The notes under the pieces: model-generated
What the model saw: only the letters and a program-made list of their open reading frames with translations
The model's database searches: none
Told to the model about the DNA's origin: nothing
In this document: piece after piece, positions 26,624-36,223 of the stretch
Position numbering within the stretch: position 1 is the stretch's first letter
How the letters are laid out: each line of letters begins with the position of its first letter
Origin: Pseudomonadota bacterium
GTDB taxonomy: Bacteria > Pseudomonadota > Gammaproteobacteria > Tethybacterales > Persebacteraceae
Assembly (NCBI GenBank): GCA_022600535.1
Contig: JAHZKE010000079.1
Coordinates: forward strand, 1-43,078
DNA length: 43,078 nucleotides
Direction: 5' to 3'
Program-made: the position numbers and the translations under genes

Positions 26624-27958
26624 ATGTCTATAAAAAATTTAAATGATGCTGGTGCCACTTGGCCCACGGATCAATCTGCGTTAAAAAAACGCCGCGTGCC
26701 GATTCAGTTACGGCAAAGTGGTGATTCACGCGTAGAACCGGGGGACGAAGGGTTAGTTGCCGAAGGGTCACGTATCCTCATTGACCAGCGTATCCGCAAG
26801 GGTCCTTACTGGCATTTGTCGCAGGCAGCGGGGTGTTGGTGTCATTCGGTCTATAACCGTATTTATCATCCGCGTGCCTACATTAAGCCCGAAGATGGCG
26901 GTTTGATGGAAGAATACAAATACTTAACCGAGCACGTTACCATGTGGAACGTTGCGGTAGAACGCCAAATCCAAGTCAAAGGTCCCGATGCAGAGAAATT
27001 TGTTGACCAAGTCATTACCCGTCGTGCCAGCTCTTGCGCCGTCATGAAAGCGCGTTATGTCATTTTGTGCAACCAATACGGCGGTATCTTAAACGATCCT
27101 GTTTTGTTGCGTCCCGCAGAAGACGAATTTTGGTTCTCGCTCTCCGATTCTGATTTAGAGCTTTGGTTACAAGGCGTGAACGCATTCAGTCAATACGATG
27201 TGGAAATTCACGAAATTGATGTTGCCCCAGTGCAAATTCAAGGACCGAAATCGGTACAGTTGATGCGGAAAATTTTCGGCGCCGCCATTGATGAAGTGCC
27301 TTACTACGGTTTGATGAAAGGTGTTATCGGTGGGCGTGATGTTATTATCTCGCGTTCGGGTTTCTCTGCCGAAGCCGGTTATGAAATTTATCTCTACAAC
27401 GCACACGAGTGTGCCGAAGATATGTGGAATGCCGTATTGGAAGCAGGTAAAGAATTTAATTTACGTGTTATCGCACCGGGACATCATCGCCGCATTGAAG
27501 CGGGTATTTTGTCATGGGGACAAGATATGGATCAGGAAGTCAATCCGTTTGAAGTTGGCTTGGGCTGGCAGGTTGATTTCTCCAAAGATTCCTTTATCGG
27601 TAAAGAAGCGTTAGAAAAAATCCAAAAAGAAGGGGTGAGCCATAAACTATGCGGTGTGCGCATGGGCGGCAAGCCGATTACTTGGTATCCTTCTGACTAC
27701 TACCATGTGTTTGATCAAGAGGGCAAGCAATTATTGGGATATTTGACATCGGCTTGGTTTTCGCCAACGCAAGATTCTAATATCGCTTTTGCGTTTGTTC
27801 CGACCGCATCTACAACATTAGGCACCAAGCTGAAAGTTGCGATGCCAGAGGTCTATGGTGGCGGATTGGTTGACGCGGAAGTCGTACAAACCCCGTTTAA
27901 AAAACCGCACGATGCGGGTACGGGCTTGTCCACAACTGGTAAAAAATTAGAGTCCTAA
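26624..27958 (+). CDS. Aminomethyltransferase (GcvT)-family THF-dependent demethylase, DmdA-like
   Basis: HVTMWNVAVERQIQVKGPDAEKF, GGILNDPVLLRPAEDEFWFSLSDSDL, DVEIHEIDVAPVQIQGPKS, IISRSGFSAEAGYEIY and RRIEAGILSWGQDM are present. Block order and spacing resemble my recollection of DmdA-type demethylases. The gene starts 11 nt after the fusion gene. Confidence 0.72.
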   Translation: MSIKNLNDAGATWPTDQSALKKRRVPIQLRQSGDSRVEPGDEGLVAEGSRILIDQRIRKGPYWHLSQAAGCWCHSVYNRIYHPRAYIKPEDGGLMEEYKYLTEHVTMWNVAVERQIQVKGPDAEKFVDQVITRRASSCAVMKARYVILCNQYGGILNDPVLLRPAEDEFWFSLSDSDLELWLQGVNAFSQYDVEIHEIDVAPVQIQGPKSVQLMRKIFGAAIDEVPYYGLMKGVIGGRDVIISRSGFSAEAGYEIYLYNAHECAEDMWNAVLEAGKEFNLRVIAPGHHRRIEAGILSWGQDMDQEVNPFEVGLGWQVDFSKDSFIGKEALEKIQKEGVSHKLCGVRMGGKPITWYPSDYYHVFDQEGKQLLGYLTSAWFSPTQDSNIAFAFVPTASTTLGTKLKVAMPEVYGGGLVDAEVVQTPFKKPHDAGTGLSTTGKKLES

Positions 27959-27980
27959 ACCACTTTAGTTTTTATCTAAA

Positions 27981-28010
27981 AAGACACCGCTTCGGCGGTG
28001 TCTTTTTTTA
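27981..28010. terminator. Rho-independent terminator, apparently bidirectional, between convergent genes
   Basis: AAGACACCGC-TTCG-GCGGTGTCTT forms a 10-bp stem with a tetraloop. It is flanked by an A run upstream and TTTTTTT downstream. Confidence 0.8.
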
Positions 28011-28013
28011 ATA

Positions 28014-28083
28014 GCGCGGCTTTCCCCGCGCGTAGAGTTAAAAACAAGTCGCTCACTGAGCCCGGCACCTGCTTTTGCAGGTT
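28014..28083 (+). repeat. Dispersed intergenic repeat, copy C (GCGCGG-hairpin + CGCGTAGAGTTAAAA + GGCACCTGCTTTTGCAGGT)
   Basis: It shares the core and the GGCAC block with copies A, B and D. It contains hairpins GCGCGG/CCGCGC and ACCTGC-TTTT-GCAGGT. Confidence 0.5.
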
Positions 28084-28084
28084 A

Positions 28085-29665
28085 TTATTGCACGTCAATT
28101 AATTCGGGGGGTAAGTGCTTTTTGGCGTACTTTAAATGGAGTTTATTTTCCTTGAAGAAATCAAATAACGTATCGTCTATTTCTTGTTCTTCTGCCATAT
28201 TTTCCATAATAGACATGACGCGTGACAGTGTCATTTTAACATTGCGGTACGGGCGATCGGGCGCACTTAATCCTTCAAAGCGGTCTGCTAATCCCAACAC
28301 CCGCGCGGGTAAATCCATATCATCGCCGGTGAGTTTATTGGGATAACCGGATCCATTCAAAGTTTCGTGGTGCGCGCCGGCGATTTCAACCACTCGCTTT
28401 AAATTGGACGGCCAAGGAATAGAAGACAGGAGGCGAATCGAAATACTCACATGATCCTCCATAATTTTACGTTCTTCAGGGTTGAGCGTGCCGCGTTTAA
28501 TTTTTAAATTATTAAGCTCTTCGCTATCAATCACTTGCTGGGTTATTAATTTTTCGTTGTTCGTATTCGGGGATTCAATCATGCGTTCGGCAATCGTTTC
28601 TAAGCGTTTGGTCACTTCTTCATCAATAAAGACATTGCCAGCGTTGACTTCCCCTAAAAATTGGTAGTCCTCACTGTACTTTTTTTCTGTTGATGAGATT
28701 AAATGTTCTAACCCTTCTTCGCGCAACTTCTGTTCCGTCTGTTGTAGTTGGCGGGCAAGTTCCCATGCACGCATACGTTCATAGAGCAAAGAAATTTTAT
28801 CATTTACAGTATGTAGCTTGGTTCTTTTATCTAAAATGTGTAACGGAGTGATGATTTTTCCAATATCATGTAATAAAGCGGCAATGCGTAACTCTCGCCG
28901 TTGTTCAGTCGTGAGGGAAAAATCTTTATATATTGGATGTTTTTTTGTTTTTTCTAATTCTTCAACAATCATCATGGTTATCTCGACTACCCGTTGACAG
29001 TGTCCTGCCGTATGCGGGGATTTTTCATCAATTGCCACGCCAATCATTTGGATAATTGCCGACATTAATTCCTGTGTCTCGTTGACCAATAAGGCATTGC
29101 TTAGCATCGTGCCGATTTGTCCAGCAATGGCATCAACAAACGTTTGCATATAATCGGAAAAAACATCTTTGTCGCAATTGATGAGCTGTAACACGCCGAT
29201 TACTTTATTGTTGTGCCCGACCAAGGGCAGGATGAGTAAATTGTGGGTTTCGTAGTTGTTGTTTTTGTCAAATTGACGCGTATTATTGAAATTAAATTCG
29301 GTATCGTCATCAAGTGAATTAATTAATATTTTGCGATTTTGCAGATAACTGCACACGGAGACGGTACGCAAGTTGGGTTCGCCATCAATGCGGGTAGGAA
29401 CTTCAATAAAACCATCGATCTTAAGCGCATCAAAGGTATCAACGACTTTGCTAATCCCCAGTGTCTTATTGCCAATGACGACAACTTTTAAGGTCTCGCT
29501 GGCGTGGTCGTAAATATATAACGAACCGCCATCCGCGCTGGTGATGTCGCGGACCGAATCTAATAATTCAGTGAATATTTGGGAAAATCCCTTCCCACTA
29601 GAAAAAATATGCCCGGTATTAATGAGCATTGCTAACATTTTATCGGCAGATACTTTTTGCGTCAT
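28085..29665 (-). CDS. GAF-domain HD-GYP protein (putative c-di-GMP phosphodiesterase)
   Basis: The N-terminal GAF-like region has ADGGSLYIYD...LKVVV. HD motifs are HTAGHCQRV and LLHDIGKI. The C-terminal motif is GAHHETLNGSGYP. About 110 aa of coiled-coil-like sequence are inserted between the HD and GYP parts. Confidence 0.82.
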   Translation of the reverse strand: MTQKVSADKMLAMLINTGHIFSSGKGFSQIFTELLDSVRDITSADGGSLYIYDHASETLKVVVIGNKTLGISKVVDTFDALKIDGFIEVPTRIDGEPNLRTVSVCSYLQNRKILINSLDDDTEFNFNNTRQFDKNNNYETHNLLILPLVGHNNKVIGVLQLINCDKDVFSDYMQTFVDAIAGQIGTMLSNALLVNETQELMSAIIQMIGVAIDEKSPHTAGHCQRVVEITMMIVEELEKTKKHPIYKDFSLTTEQRRELRIAALLHDIGKIITPLHILDKRTKLHTVNDKISLLYERMRAWELARQLQQTEQKLREEGLEHLISSTEKKYSEDYQFLGEVNAGNVFIDEEVTKRLETIAERMIESPNTNNEKLITQQVIDSEELNNLKIKRGTLNPEERKIMEDHVSISIRLLSSIPWPSNLKRVVEIAGAHHETLNGSGYPNKLTGDDMDLPARVLGLADRFEGLSAPDRPYRNVKMTLSRVMSIMENMAEEQEIDDTLFDFFKENKLHLKYAKKHLPPELIDVQ

Positions 29666-29704
29666 GTTTTTAAGAGATGCGAAAGAAGACGAATGACAGA
29701 AAAT

Positions 29705-30082
29705 TTAGCGAGGTTTAACGCTTTTTTTAGCTCCTAATTTTTCTAAGATACGAGCGGATTTACCGCTACGCTCGCGTAAATAATATAGTTTAGAACGTCG
29801 TACATCGCCATTGCGTACCACTTGCACGCTTTCAATCAAAGGCGAATGGAGTTGAAAAGTGCGTTCAATATTTTCACCCGAAGAGGTACGACGCACGATG
29901 AAAGAAGCGTTGATACCGCTTTTGCGCCGTGCAATGACCATTCCTTCAAACGCTTGTACACGACGATTGTTGCCGTCAACAACGTAATTTTTAACAATGA
30001 CCTTATCGCCAGCAGCGAAAGGCGGGATTTTTTTGTCAAGCCGTGTAACTTCTTCTTGTTCCAGTGTTTGTATAATGTTCAT
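29705..30082 (-). CDS. rplS: 50S ribosomal protein L19
   Basis: [11 protein letters not shown]..., [32 protein letters not shown] and FIVRR...[13 protein letters not shown] are canonical L19 sequence. Confidence 0.95.
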   Translation of the reverse strand: MNIIQTLEQEEVTRLDKKIPPFAAGDKVIVKNYVVDGNNRRVQAFEGMVIARRKSGINASFIVRRTSSGENIERTFQLHSPLIESVQVVRNGDVRRSKLYYLRERSGKSARILEKLGAKKSVKPR

Positions 30083-30230
30083 CGCAGAAACCCTTGGTGG
30101 GAAAATAATTGAATCTTCCTCCGCATTGCGAATGGGAAGTAGAAAACAACGTATATTTTAGCAAAAATAATGCAAATATTTTCATCTCTGGCTTCTTTAA
30201 TTTTTTTAATTTTGGTTATAATGGCGAGGT

Positions 30231-31499
30231 ATGCGATTATTTTTCTTGTGGGCAGCGTTTATCGTCGGGGCGTGGGGTGTGCCCTTCGTAAATGCAGCAG
30301 AACCAATGGATGCTATTATTGCGATTGTCGGCGATGTGCCGATCACACAGACGCAAGTGGAGCGCGAAAGCAAACGTTTGGAGAATTTAAATGAAGGAAT
30401 AACAGCGCGTGAAGCGCGGCAGGAGGCGCTTGATGAATTAATTGATCGCAGCGTACAAAAACAACTGGCGCAGCGGCTGGGAATCCACATTTCCGATGCT
30501 TTGCTGGCGGCACGGATTGAAGAATTACAACAAGAATTGGGCTTTAGCAATGAGGCGGAACTCGGCCGTATTGCCGCCGACGAATTTTTAATGTCGTATC
30601 CGATGTTTCGCGAACGGGTGCGCGATGATATGCTGATACAGGCATTATTTTTTCGCGAAGTGTTTTCCCGCACACAGGTCTATAAAGATGAGGTTAATCA
30701 ATTTCTTAAATTTGAAACAGCGATCGGTAATTTACGCGAATATCATTTGCGTCATATTTTAATTAGTGTTGCCGATGACGGTACAGATATTGATGAAAAA
30801 CAGGATTTAGCCCTTTCATTACAGGCGCGTGCCGCGACGGGAGAAGATTTTGCCCAGTTGGCACGCGAGTATTCCGACGGCGATGCAGCCAGCAGCGGTG
30901 GTAATTTAGGGTTTAAAAAAGAAGAGGAATTGCCCGAGGCGTTTGTCGTTGAATTGCAAAACATCAATGAAGGAGAAATCAGCGAGGTCATCAATACTTC
31001 GCGCGGTTTTCATTTTCTCAAATTGGAAGCGACGCGCGGGGGGAATATTCGCGAAGCCATCACCCGCTTACGGATTAGTCACGTATTTTTACCGTTAACG
31101 GAAGAAGCAGAAGCCCGTGAGTTGTGGAATACCATTAAAAATGAAGAGGACTTTATTGCCGCGGTGGGGCAGCATTCAGTAGATGAAAAAAGTATTGATA
31201 AAGGCGGTGATATTGGTTGGTTTGATGAGCAGGATATTCCGGTGTATTTTGCCGATACCGTCAAACAGATGAAAGTCGGAGATATTAGCCCGCCGGTGAA
31301 ATCACCTTTTGGTTGGCATTTGTTGCATCTACGTGACAGCAAAAAAGAAGCCCTAAATATTCAAGGGTTGCGTGAACAGGCGCGGCGCGTATTGCGCGAG
31401 CGACGGGCATTGGCGCAGCGGGATGTTTGGATCCGGCGTTTGCGTGCGGACACCTATGTGCGTATTTTAGATCCGACATTTGAATACACCATTCGCTAA
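30231..31499 (+). CDS. surA: Periplasmic chaperone / peptidyl-prolyl isomerase SurA
   Basis: A signal peptide is followed by an N-terminal SurA chaperone domain (DAIIAIVGDVPITQTQV). Two parvulin-like domains are present (HILI..., GGNLGF..., GGDIGWF..., FGWHLL). The gene lies upstream of pdxA. Confidence 0.88.
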   Translation: MRLFFLWAAFIVGAWGVPFVNAAEPMDAIIAIVGDVPITQTQVERESKRLENLNEGITAREARQEALDELIDRSVQKQLAQRLGIHISDALLAARIEELQQELGFSNEAELGRIAADEFLMSYPMFRERVRDDMLIQALFFREVFSRTQVYKDEVNQFLKFETAIGNLREYHLRHILISVADDGTDIDEKQDLALSLQARAATGEDFAQLAREYSDGDAASSGGNLGFKKEEELPEAFVVELQNINEGEISEVINTSRGFHFLKLEATRGGNIREAITRLRISHVFLPLTEEAEARELWNTIKNEEDFIAAVGQHSVDEKSIDKGGDIGWFDEQDIPVYFADTVKQMKVGDISPPVKSPFGWHLLHLRDSKKEALNIQGLREQARRVLRERRALAQRDVWIRRLRADTYVRILDPTFEYTIR

Positions 31500-31531
31500 T
31501 TGTTGGCGGTAAGACGCCGAATAAAGCCATT

Positions 31532-32515
31532 ATGAAGCCATTAATCATTACGATGGGAGAGCCAGCCGGTATTGGGGCGGAACTCTGCTTGCACTTGTTA
31601 GCAGACCCGGCATTGCCGCCATTGGTGGTATTGGGGGATCGTACTATTTTGGCACAGCGGGCGCAACAATTTGGTTTGCCCTTTACCGCCACCGATTACG
31701 TCGCCAATGCGCCGGCACCGGTAACCCGTGCCGTGTGGCACGTGCCAGCACCGGTGGCAGTTGTTGCCGGCAAACCGCAGGTGGAAAATGCCGAATATAT
31801 ATTACAACAATTACAACTGGCGGCAGCGGGGTGTCAGCGGCAGGAATTTTCGGCGTTGGTGACCGCGCCGATTAGTAAAGAAACTATTTTAGCCGCCGGC
31901 ATTCCTTTTGTTGGACAAACCGAATACTTGGCGCAATGCGCCGGAGTGCAACGCACAGTGATGCTATTGGCAGCACCGGCGATGCGGGTTGCCTTAGCGA
32001 CAACACACTTGCCGTTGCGAGCGGTAGCGGAGGCGTTGAGCGAGGAATCGTTATTAGCCGTATTGACGATACTCAACAGCGAATTGCGTCGCTGTTTTAA
32101 TTTATCCGCGCCGCCGCGCATTAAGGTGTGCGGCTTAAACCCACATGCAGGTGAGGGAGGATATTTAGGCGATGAAGAACAGCGAATTATTGCCCCCGCA
32201 ATTAAACAAGCGCAACAGCAAGGAATGCACGTAGAAGGACCGTATCCAGCAGATACCTTGTTCGCGACAACACGCTTGGCGCAGGCAGATTGCATTTTGG
32301 CGATGTATCACGACCAAGGGCTACCGGCGATTAAATTATTAGATTTTGAAAACACCATCAATATCACCTTGGGCTTGCCATTTATCCGCACCTCGCCCGA
32401 TCACGGCGTTGCCTTAGACATTGCCGCCGCCGGTGGTGCCAACCCGCAAAGTATGTTCACCGCCGTACATTTTGCCGCAATGCACCAGTCGCCGTGCAAT
32501 CCTCATCACGATTAA
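31532..32515 (+). CDS. pdxA: 4-hydroxythreonine-4-phosphate dehydrogenase
   Basis: MKPLIITMGEPAGIGAEL, GLNPHAGEGGYLG, MYHDQGL and IRTSPDHG are present. The surA-pdxA synteny is conserved. Confidence 0.92.
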   Translation: MKPLIITMGEPAGIGAELCLHLLADPALPPLVVLGDRTILAQRAQQFGLPFTATDYVANAPAPVTRAVWHVPAPVAVVAGKPQVENAEYILQQLQLAAAGCQRQEFSALVTAPISKETILAAGIPFVGQTEYLAQCAGVQRTVMLLAAPAMRVALATTHLPLRAVAEALSEESLLAVLTILNSELRRCFNLSAPPRIKVCGLNPHAGEGGYLGDEEQRIIAPAIKQAQQQGMHVEGPYPADTLFATTRLAQADCILAMYHDQGLPAIKLLDFENTINITLGLPFIRTSPDHGVALDIAAAGGANPQSMFTAVHFAAMHQSPCNPHHD

Positions 32516-32637
32516 ATCGCTCTGCCGTAGCGAATCACAGTTAATTTAAAAATTCTTTATGTTTTATAGTAGAAAACAAGTTAAAATAATTGTTTTTACG
32601 CTAAACAGCTACAATTTATTACACCGAGGAAAAGAAA

Positions 32638-32955
32638 ATGGAAATGTTTATTAATATCGCACACGCACAAACAGGTGATTCAGCGGAAGGGGGGATTTTT
32701 TTTCAAGTCCTGCCCTTACTCGTTTTAGTCATTATTTTTTACTTTTTGCTGATTCGTCCGCAACAAAAGCGCAACAAGGAGCACCGCGCCATGATGGCAG
32801 CAATCGCGGTGGGGGATGAAGTCGCGACTAGCTCCGGCATTATGGGAGTGGTGTTGGAAGTGCAGGAACATACTGTTTTGCTCAACTTAGGCGACACCAA
32901 AGTGCGCTTTCAAAAACAATTTGTTCAATCTATTTTGCCTAAAGGTACACTGTAA
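32638..32955 (+). CDS. yajC: Preprotein translocase subunit YajC
   Basis: A single TM helix is followed by FYFLLIRPQQKRNKEH and GDEVATSSGIMGVV. The gene lies directly upstream of secDF. Confidence 0.92.
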   Translation: MEMFINIAHAQTGDSAEGGIFFQVLPLLVLVIIFYFLLIRPQQKRNKEHRAMMAAIAVGDEVATSSGIMGVVLEVQEHTVLLNLGDTKVRFQKQFVQSILPKGTL

Positions 32956-32964
32956 GAGGTTTGA

Positions 32965-35706
32965 ATGGAACGTTACCCGTTATGGAAGCACGCAATCGTT
33001 GCGGCATTGGTTTTAACCGCGGTTTTATACGCGCTACCGACTGCTTACTCTAAATCGCCGACCATTCAAGTCCGTGCCGTCAGTAGCGGGGCAGACGGCG
33101 ATATTCTCAACGAAAGCAAAAACGCATTAGATGCCGCGGAGATTCCCTTTCGCCGGTTAAGCACTCAGGGCGATACCATGGTGGCAGTATTCAAAGATGC
33201 CGAGTCGCAAATTGCCGCCCGCGCCACACTGGGAGAAGCATTGGGCGATGACTACGTTGTCGCTTTGAATAGCGTCAGTAACGCGCCGTCTTGGCTCACC
33301 TCCCTTGGAGCCAACCCAATTGCATTGGGGTTAGATTTACGCGGCGGGGTTTATTTTCTGTTGCAGGTCAATTTATCCTACGCGGAAAATCGCCGCTTAA
33401 AAGGGTTGGTGGACGAAATGAAAACCGAATTGCGTCGCTTAGGGGCGACTGATATTCGCTTAGAAGAAGGCAGTATTGCCCTTTCTGCCTCCAGCATTGA
33501 AGTCGCAGAACGCTTGTTAGCATACATAGAAAACGAGCACGAAGATATTGACACCCCGACCGATGCCGCCTTGGACATGCAATTAGAACTCACTTCGGAG
33601 AGTAAAAGCCGCATTACCGATTTAACCATGGAACAAAACTTGCAAACCTTACGCAATCGGGTGGATGAGTTAGGAGTGGCGGAACCGGTCATTACCCGTC
33701 AAGGCGTTGACCGTATAGTCGTGCAACTGCCCGGGGTGCAAGATACCGCGCAAGCAAAAGGCGTATTAGGGCGCACTGCCGCCTTGGAATTACGCAGCGT
33801 GAACGAAGCAAAAACACAGTCGCAGTCGTTATTGCGGCGGGCAATTAAAGGCAGAGCCCCCGCGGGGACAGAACTCTTTTACGACCGCAATGGCACGCCC
33901 TTGTTATTAGACGACACCGTCGTGATTGAAGGCGACAACATTGCCGATGCGCGCCCGGGGTACGATAACCGCAATCAACCCGCAGTACATGTATCGTTAG
34001 ACGGTAGCGGTGCCAATAACATGAAACGCCACACCCGCCCGCGAGTCGGTCAACGGTTGGCAATTTTATTATCTGACAACAACAAAGCCGAGGTGATTAG
34101 CGCACCGGTCATTAACGAAGAATTATTTGCCAACTTTATGATTAGCGGGGCGATGAACTCCAGCGAAGCAGCAGAATTGGCGTTATTACTCCGTGCCGGC
34201 GCCTTGGCAGCCCCCTTAGAAATTATAGAAGAACGTACTGTCGGCCCCTCCTTAGGCGCCGATAACATTGCCAGCGGGTTGAGTTCGGTTGCCGGTGGTT
34301 TTATTGCCATCGCCTTGTTTATTGTTTTATATTACGCCGTTTTTGGCGCCATTTCAGTCGCGGCATTGCTCATCAACGTTATTCTGTTAACCGCATTGTT
34401 AGGAATCGTCGGGGCAACACTCACCTTGCCCGGTCTTGCCGGTTTTGCCCTTACACTCGGCATGGCAATTGACGCCAACGTTCTCATTAACGAACGCATC
34501 CGCGAAGAATACGACGGAGGGAAAACGCCACTGGCGTCTATTAACGCCGGCTATGGGCGTGCCTTCACCACCATTTTAGATGCGAATATCACCACATTAA
34601 TTGCCGGAATTGCCCTATTCGCCTTTGGTTCGGGACCCGTCCGCGGTTTTGCCGTGGTACTGTGTTTTGGTTTGCTGACCTCTATGTTTTCGGCAGTGCA
34701 GGCATCGCGCTCATTGGTTAACCTTGCGTATGAACGTGGCAATAAACCGCGTCGCTTGTTGCTTGGCTTACGTGCCTTGAACTTAAAGCGTGTCTTGCAG
34801 TTAATGAAATGGCGGCGGGTAACCGGCGTACTATCGGCAGTATTTTTAGTGATATGTATTGGTTCCTTAGCAGTACGCGGGCTCAACTTAGGCGTTGATT
34901 TTACCGGCGGCACCATCTTAGAAGTCGGTTTTCAATCGGCACCCAATTCGCAACAAGTCCGCGCTGCTGTTGCCGAAGTCGGCTTAGAAAACGCCCCAAT
35001 TCAAATCAGTGATGACGGTTTGGTATTAGTCAAAGCGCCGCCCTCGGCAGATGGGGTGAATTTAAGCTCTAAACTACTCGTCGCGATGAAACAAATTGAC
35101 CCCGCCGCTGACATGCGGCGAATAGAATACGTCGGTCCGCAAATTGGCGATGAATTATTTATCGCCGGTGCCCTTGCCTTGCTCTGCGTGATGTTGGGCA
35201 TTATGTTGTATTTGTCCTTTCGCTTTAAGTGGCACATGGCAATCGGGGCAATTATTGCCAATATACATGATGTCGTGTTCATACTCGGGTTGTTTTCTCT
35301 TTTTCAGTGGGAGTTTAGCTTACCCGTATTAGCCGCGATATTAGCGATATTAGGGTATTCGGTTAACGAATCTGTCGTTATCTTTGACCGCGTGCGCGAG
35401 AACTTTCGCGGACAGCGGCGAGCAGAAGGCAATGCCGTCCATACCTTAGATACCGCCATTACGCAAACATGGGCACGTACCATTATCACGCACGGTTCTA
35501 CGCAGTTGGCAGTTTTGGCAATGTTATTTTTTGGCGGTGATGCCCTGTATTTATTTGCCTTAGCGCTGACCATTGGTATCTTTTCCAGTATTTATTCTTC
35601 AGTATTAGTCGCCGGTCCGGTGGCATTGGCATTAGGATTAAATCGCGATGACTTTATCGAGGAAGCCGATGCAAAAATAGAAAATGAAACCGGAGCGGTT
35701 GTTTAA
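32965..35706 (+). CDS. secDF: Fused protein-export membrane protein SecDF
   Basis: A single 913-aa ORF is present. The SecD part includes LGLDLRGGVYFLLQV, the P1 head and six TM helices (ALTLGMAIDANVLINERIREE). It runs without a stop into a SecF part (LNLGVDFTGGTILEV ... GYSVNESVVIFDRVREN). Confidence 0.9.
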   Translation: MERYPLWKHAIVAALVLTAVLYALPTAYSKSPTIQVRAVSSGADGDILNESKNALDAAEIPFRRLSTQGDTMVAVFKDAESQIAARATLGEALGDDYVVALNSVSNAPSWLTSLGANPIALGLDLRGGVYFLLQVNLSYAENRRLKGLVDEMKTELRRLGATDIRLEEGSIALSASSIEVAERLLAYIENEHEDIDTPTDAALDMQLELTSESKSRITDLTMEQNLQTLRNRVDELGVAEPVITRQGVDRIVVQLPGVQDTAQAKGVLGRTAALELRSVNEAKTQSQSLLRRAIKGRAPAGTELFYDRNGTPLLLDDTVVIEGDNIADARPGYDNRNQPAVHVSLDGSGANNMKRHTRPRVGQRLAILLSDNNKAEVISAPVINEELFANFMISGAMNSSEAAELALLLRAGALAAPLEIIEERTVGPSLGADNIASGLSSVAGGFIAIALFIVLYYAVFGAISVAALLINVILLTALLGIVGATLTLPGLAGFALTLGMAIDANVLINERIREEYDGGKTPLASINAGYGRAFTTILDANITTLIAGIALFAFGSGPVRGFAVVLCFGLLTSMFSAVQASRSLVNLAYERGNKPRRLLLGLRALNLKRVLQLMKWRRVTGVLSAVFLVICIGSLAVRGLNLGVDFTGGTILEVGFQSAPNSQQVRAAVAEVGLENAPIQISDDGLVLVKAPPSADGVNLSSKLLVAMKQIDPAADMRRIEYVGPQIGDELFIAGALALLCVMLGIMLYLSFRFKWHMAIGAIIANIHDVVFILGLFSLFQWEFSLPVLAAILAILGYSVNESVVIFDRVRENFRGQRRAEGNAVHTLDTAITQTWARTIITHGSTQLAVLAMLFFGGDALYLFALALTIGIFSSIYSSVLVAGPVALALGLNRDDFIEEADAKIENETGAVV

Positions 35707-35729
35707 GCGAAAGACAATAGCGATTGACC

Positions 35730-35909
35730 ATGCAAAACAAAGAAATCAAAAAACTTGCCGAACAAGTAGAAAAATTATGTGCGCGTTGTGAATATTTACA
35801 TAGCGAAAATAACACCCTGCGGCGTGAAAATCAGCAATTACGCAACCGTAGCGACAAAGCCAAACAGGAATTGAAAAAACTGTTAGTCGCACTACCGGAG
35901 TATGAATAA
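35730..35909 (+). CDS. Small coiled-coil protein upstream of zapA (ZapB-like / TIGR02449-type)
   Basis: The ~59-aa heptad-rich sequence is IKKLAEQVEKLCARCEYLHSENNTLRRENQQLRNRSDKAKQELKKLL. Its stop overlaps the zapA start (TAATG). I prefer the ATG at 35730 to the TTG at 35724. Confidence 0.6.
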   Translation: MQNKEIKKLAEQVEKLCARCEYLHSENNTLRRENQQLRNRSDKAKQELKKLLVALPEYE

Positions 35910-36223
35910 TGAAAAAACTCATCGTACAAATTCATCAACAACGCTTTGAATTGGAAAGCAATGGCAGCGAAAAAGATGCACTGATATTAGCGACTGCACA
36001 AGAACTTGCCAATAAAATTGAAATATTAAAACGACAGCATGGCTTCCCCGATAGTGTGCGCGCCACCGCATTAGCCGCCCTGCTTATTGCATTAGAAGCA
36101 AAAAACAGTGATAATGCAGTTATCCTCGGAAAAGAGGATAAAGAAATTACAGTACTGAACGAGAAAATTGAAAAAACATTAACTCGTACTGCCGGTTCTC
36201 CCGCGAAGGCGTTTACGCAATAG
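35909..36223 (+). CDS. zapA: Cell division protein ZapA
   Basis: The sequence is 104 aa with IVQIHQQRFELESNGSEKDALILATAQELANKIEILK. It follows the pattern of E. coli ZapA ([35 protein letters not shown]). The probable 6S RNA follows. Confidence 0.8.
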   Translation: MKKLIVQIHQQRFELESNGSEKDALILATAQELANKIEILKRQHGFPDSVRATALAALLIALEAKNSDNAVILGKEDKEITVLNEKIEKTLTRTAGSPAKAFTQ

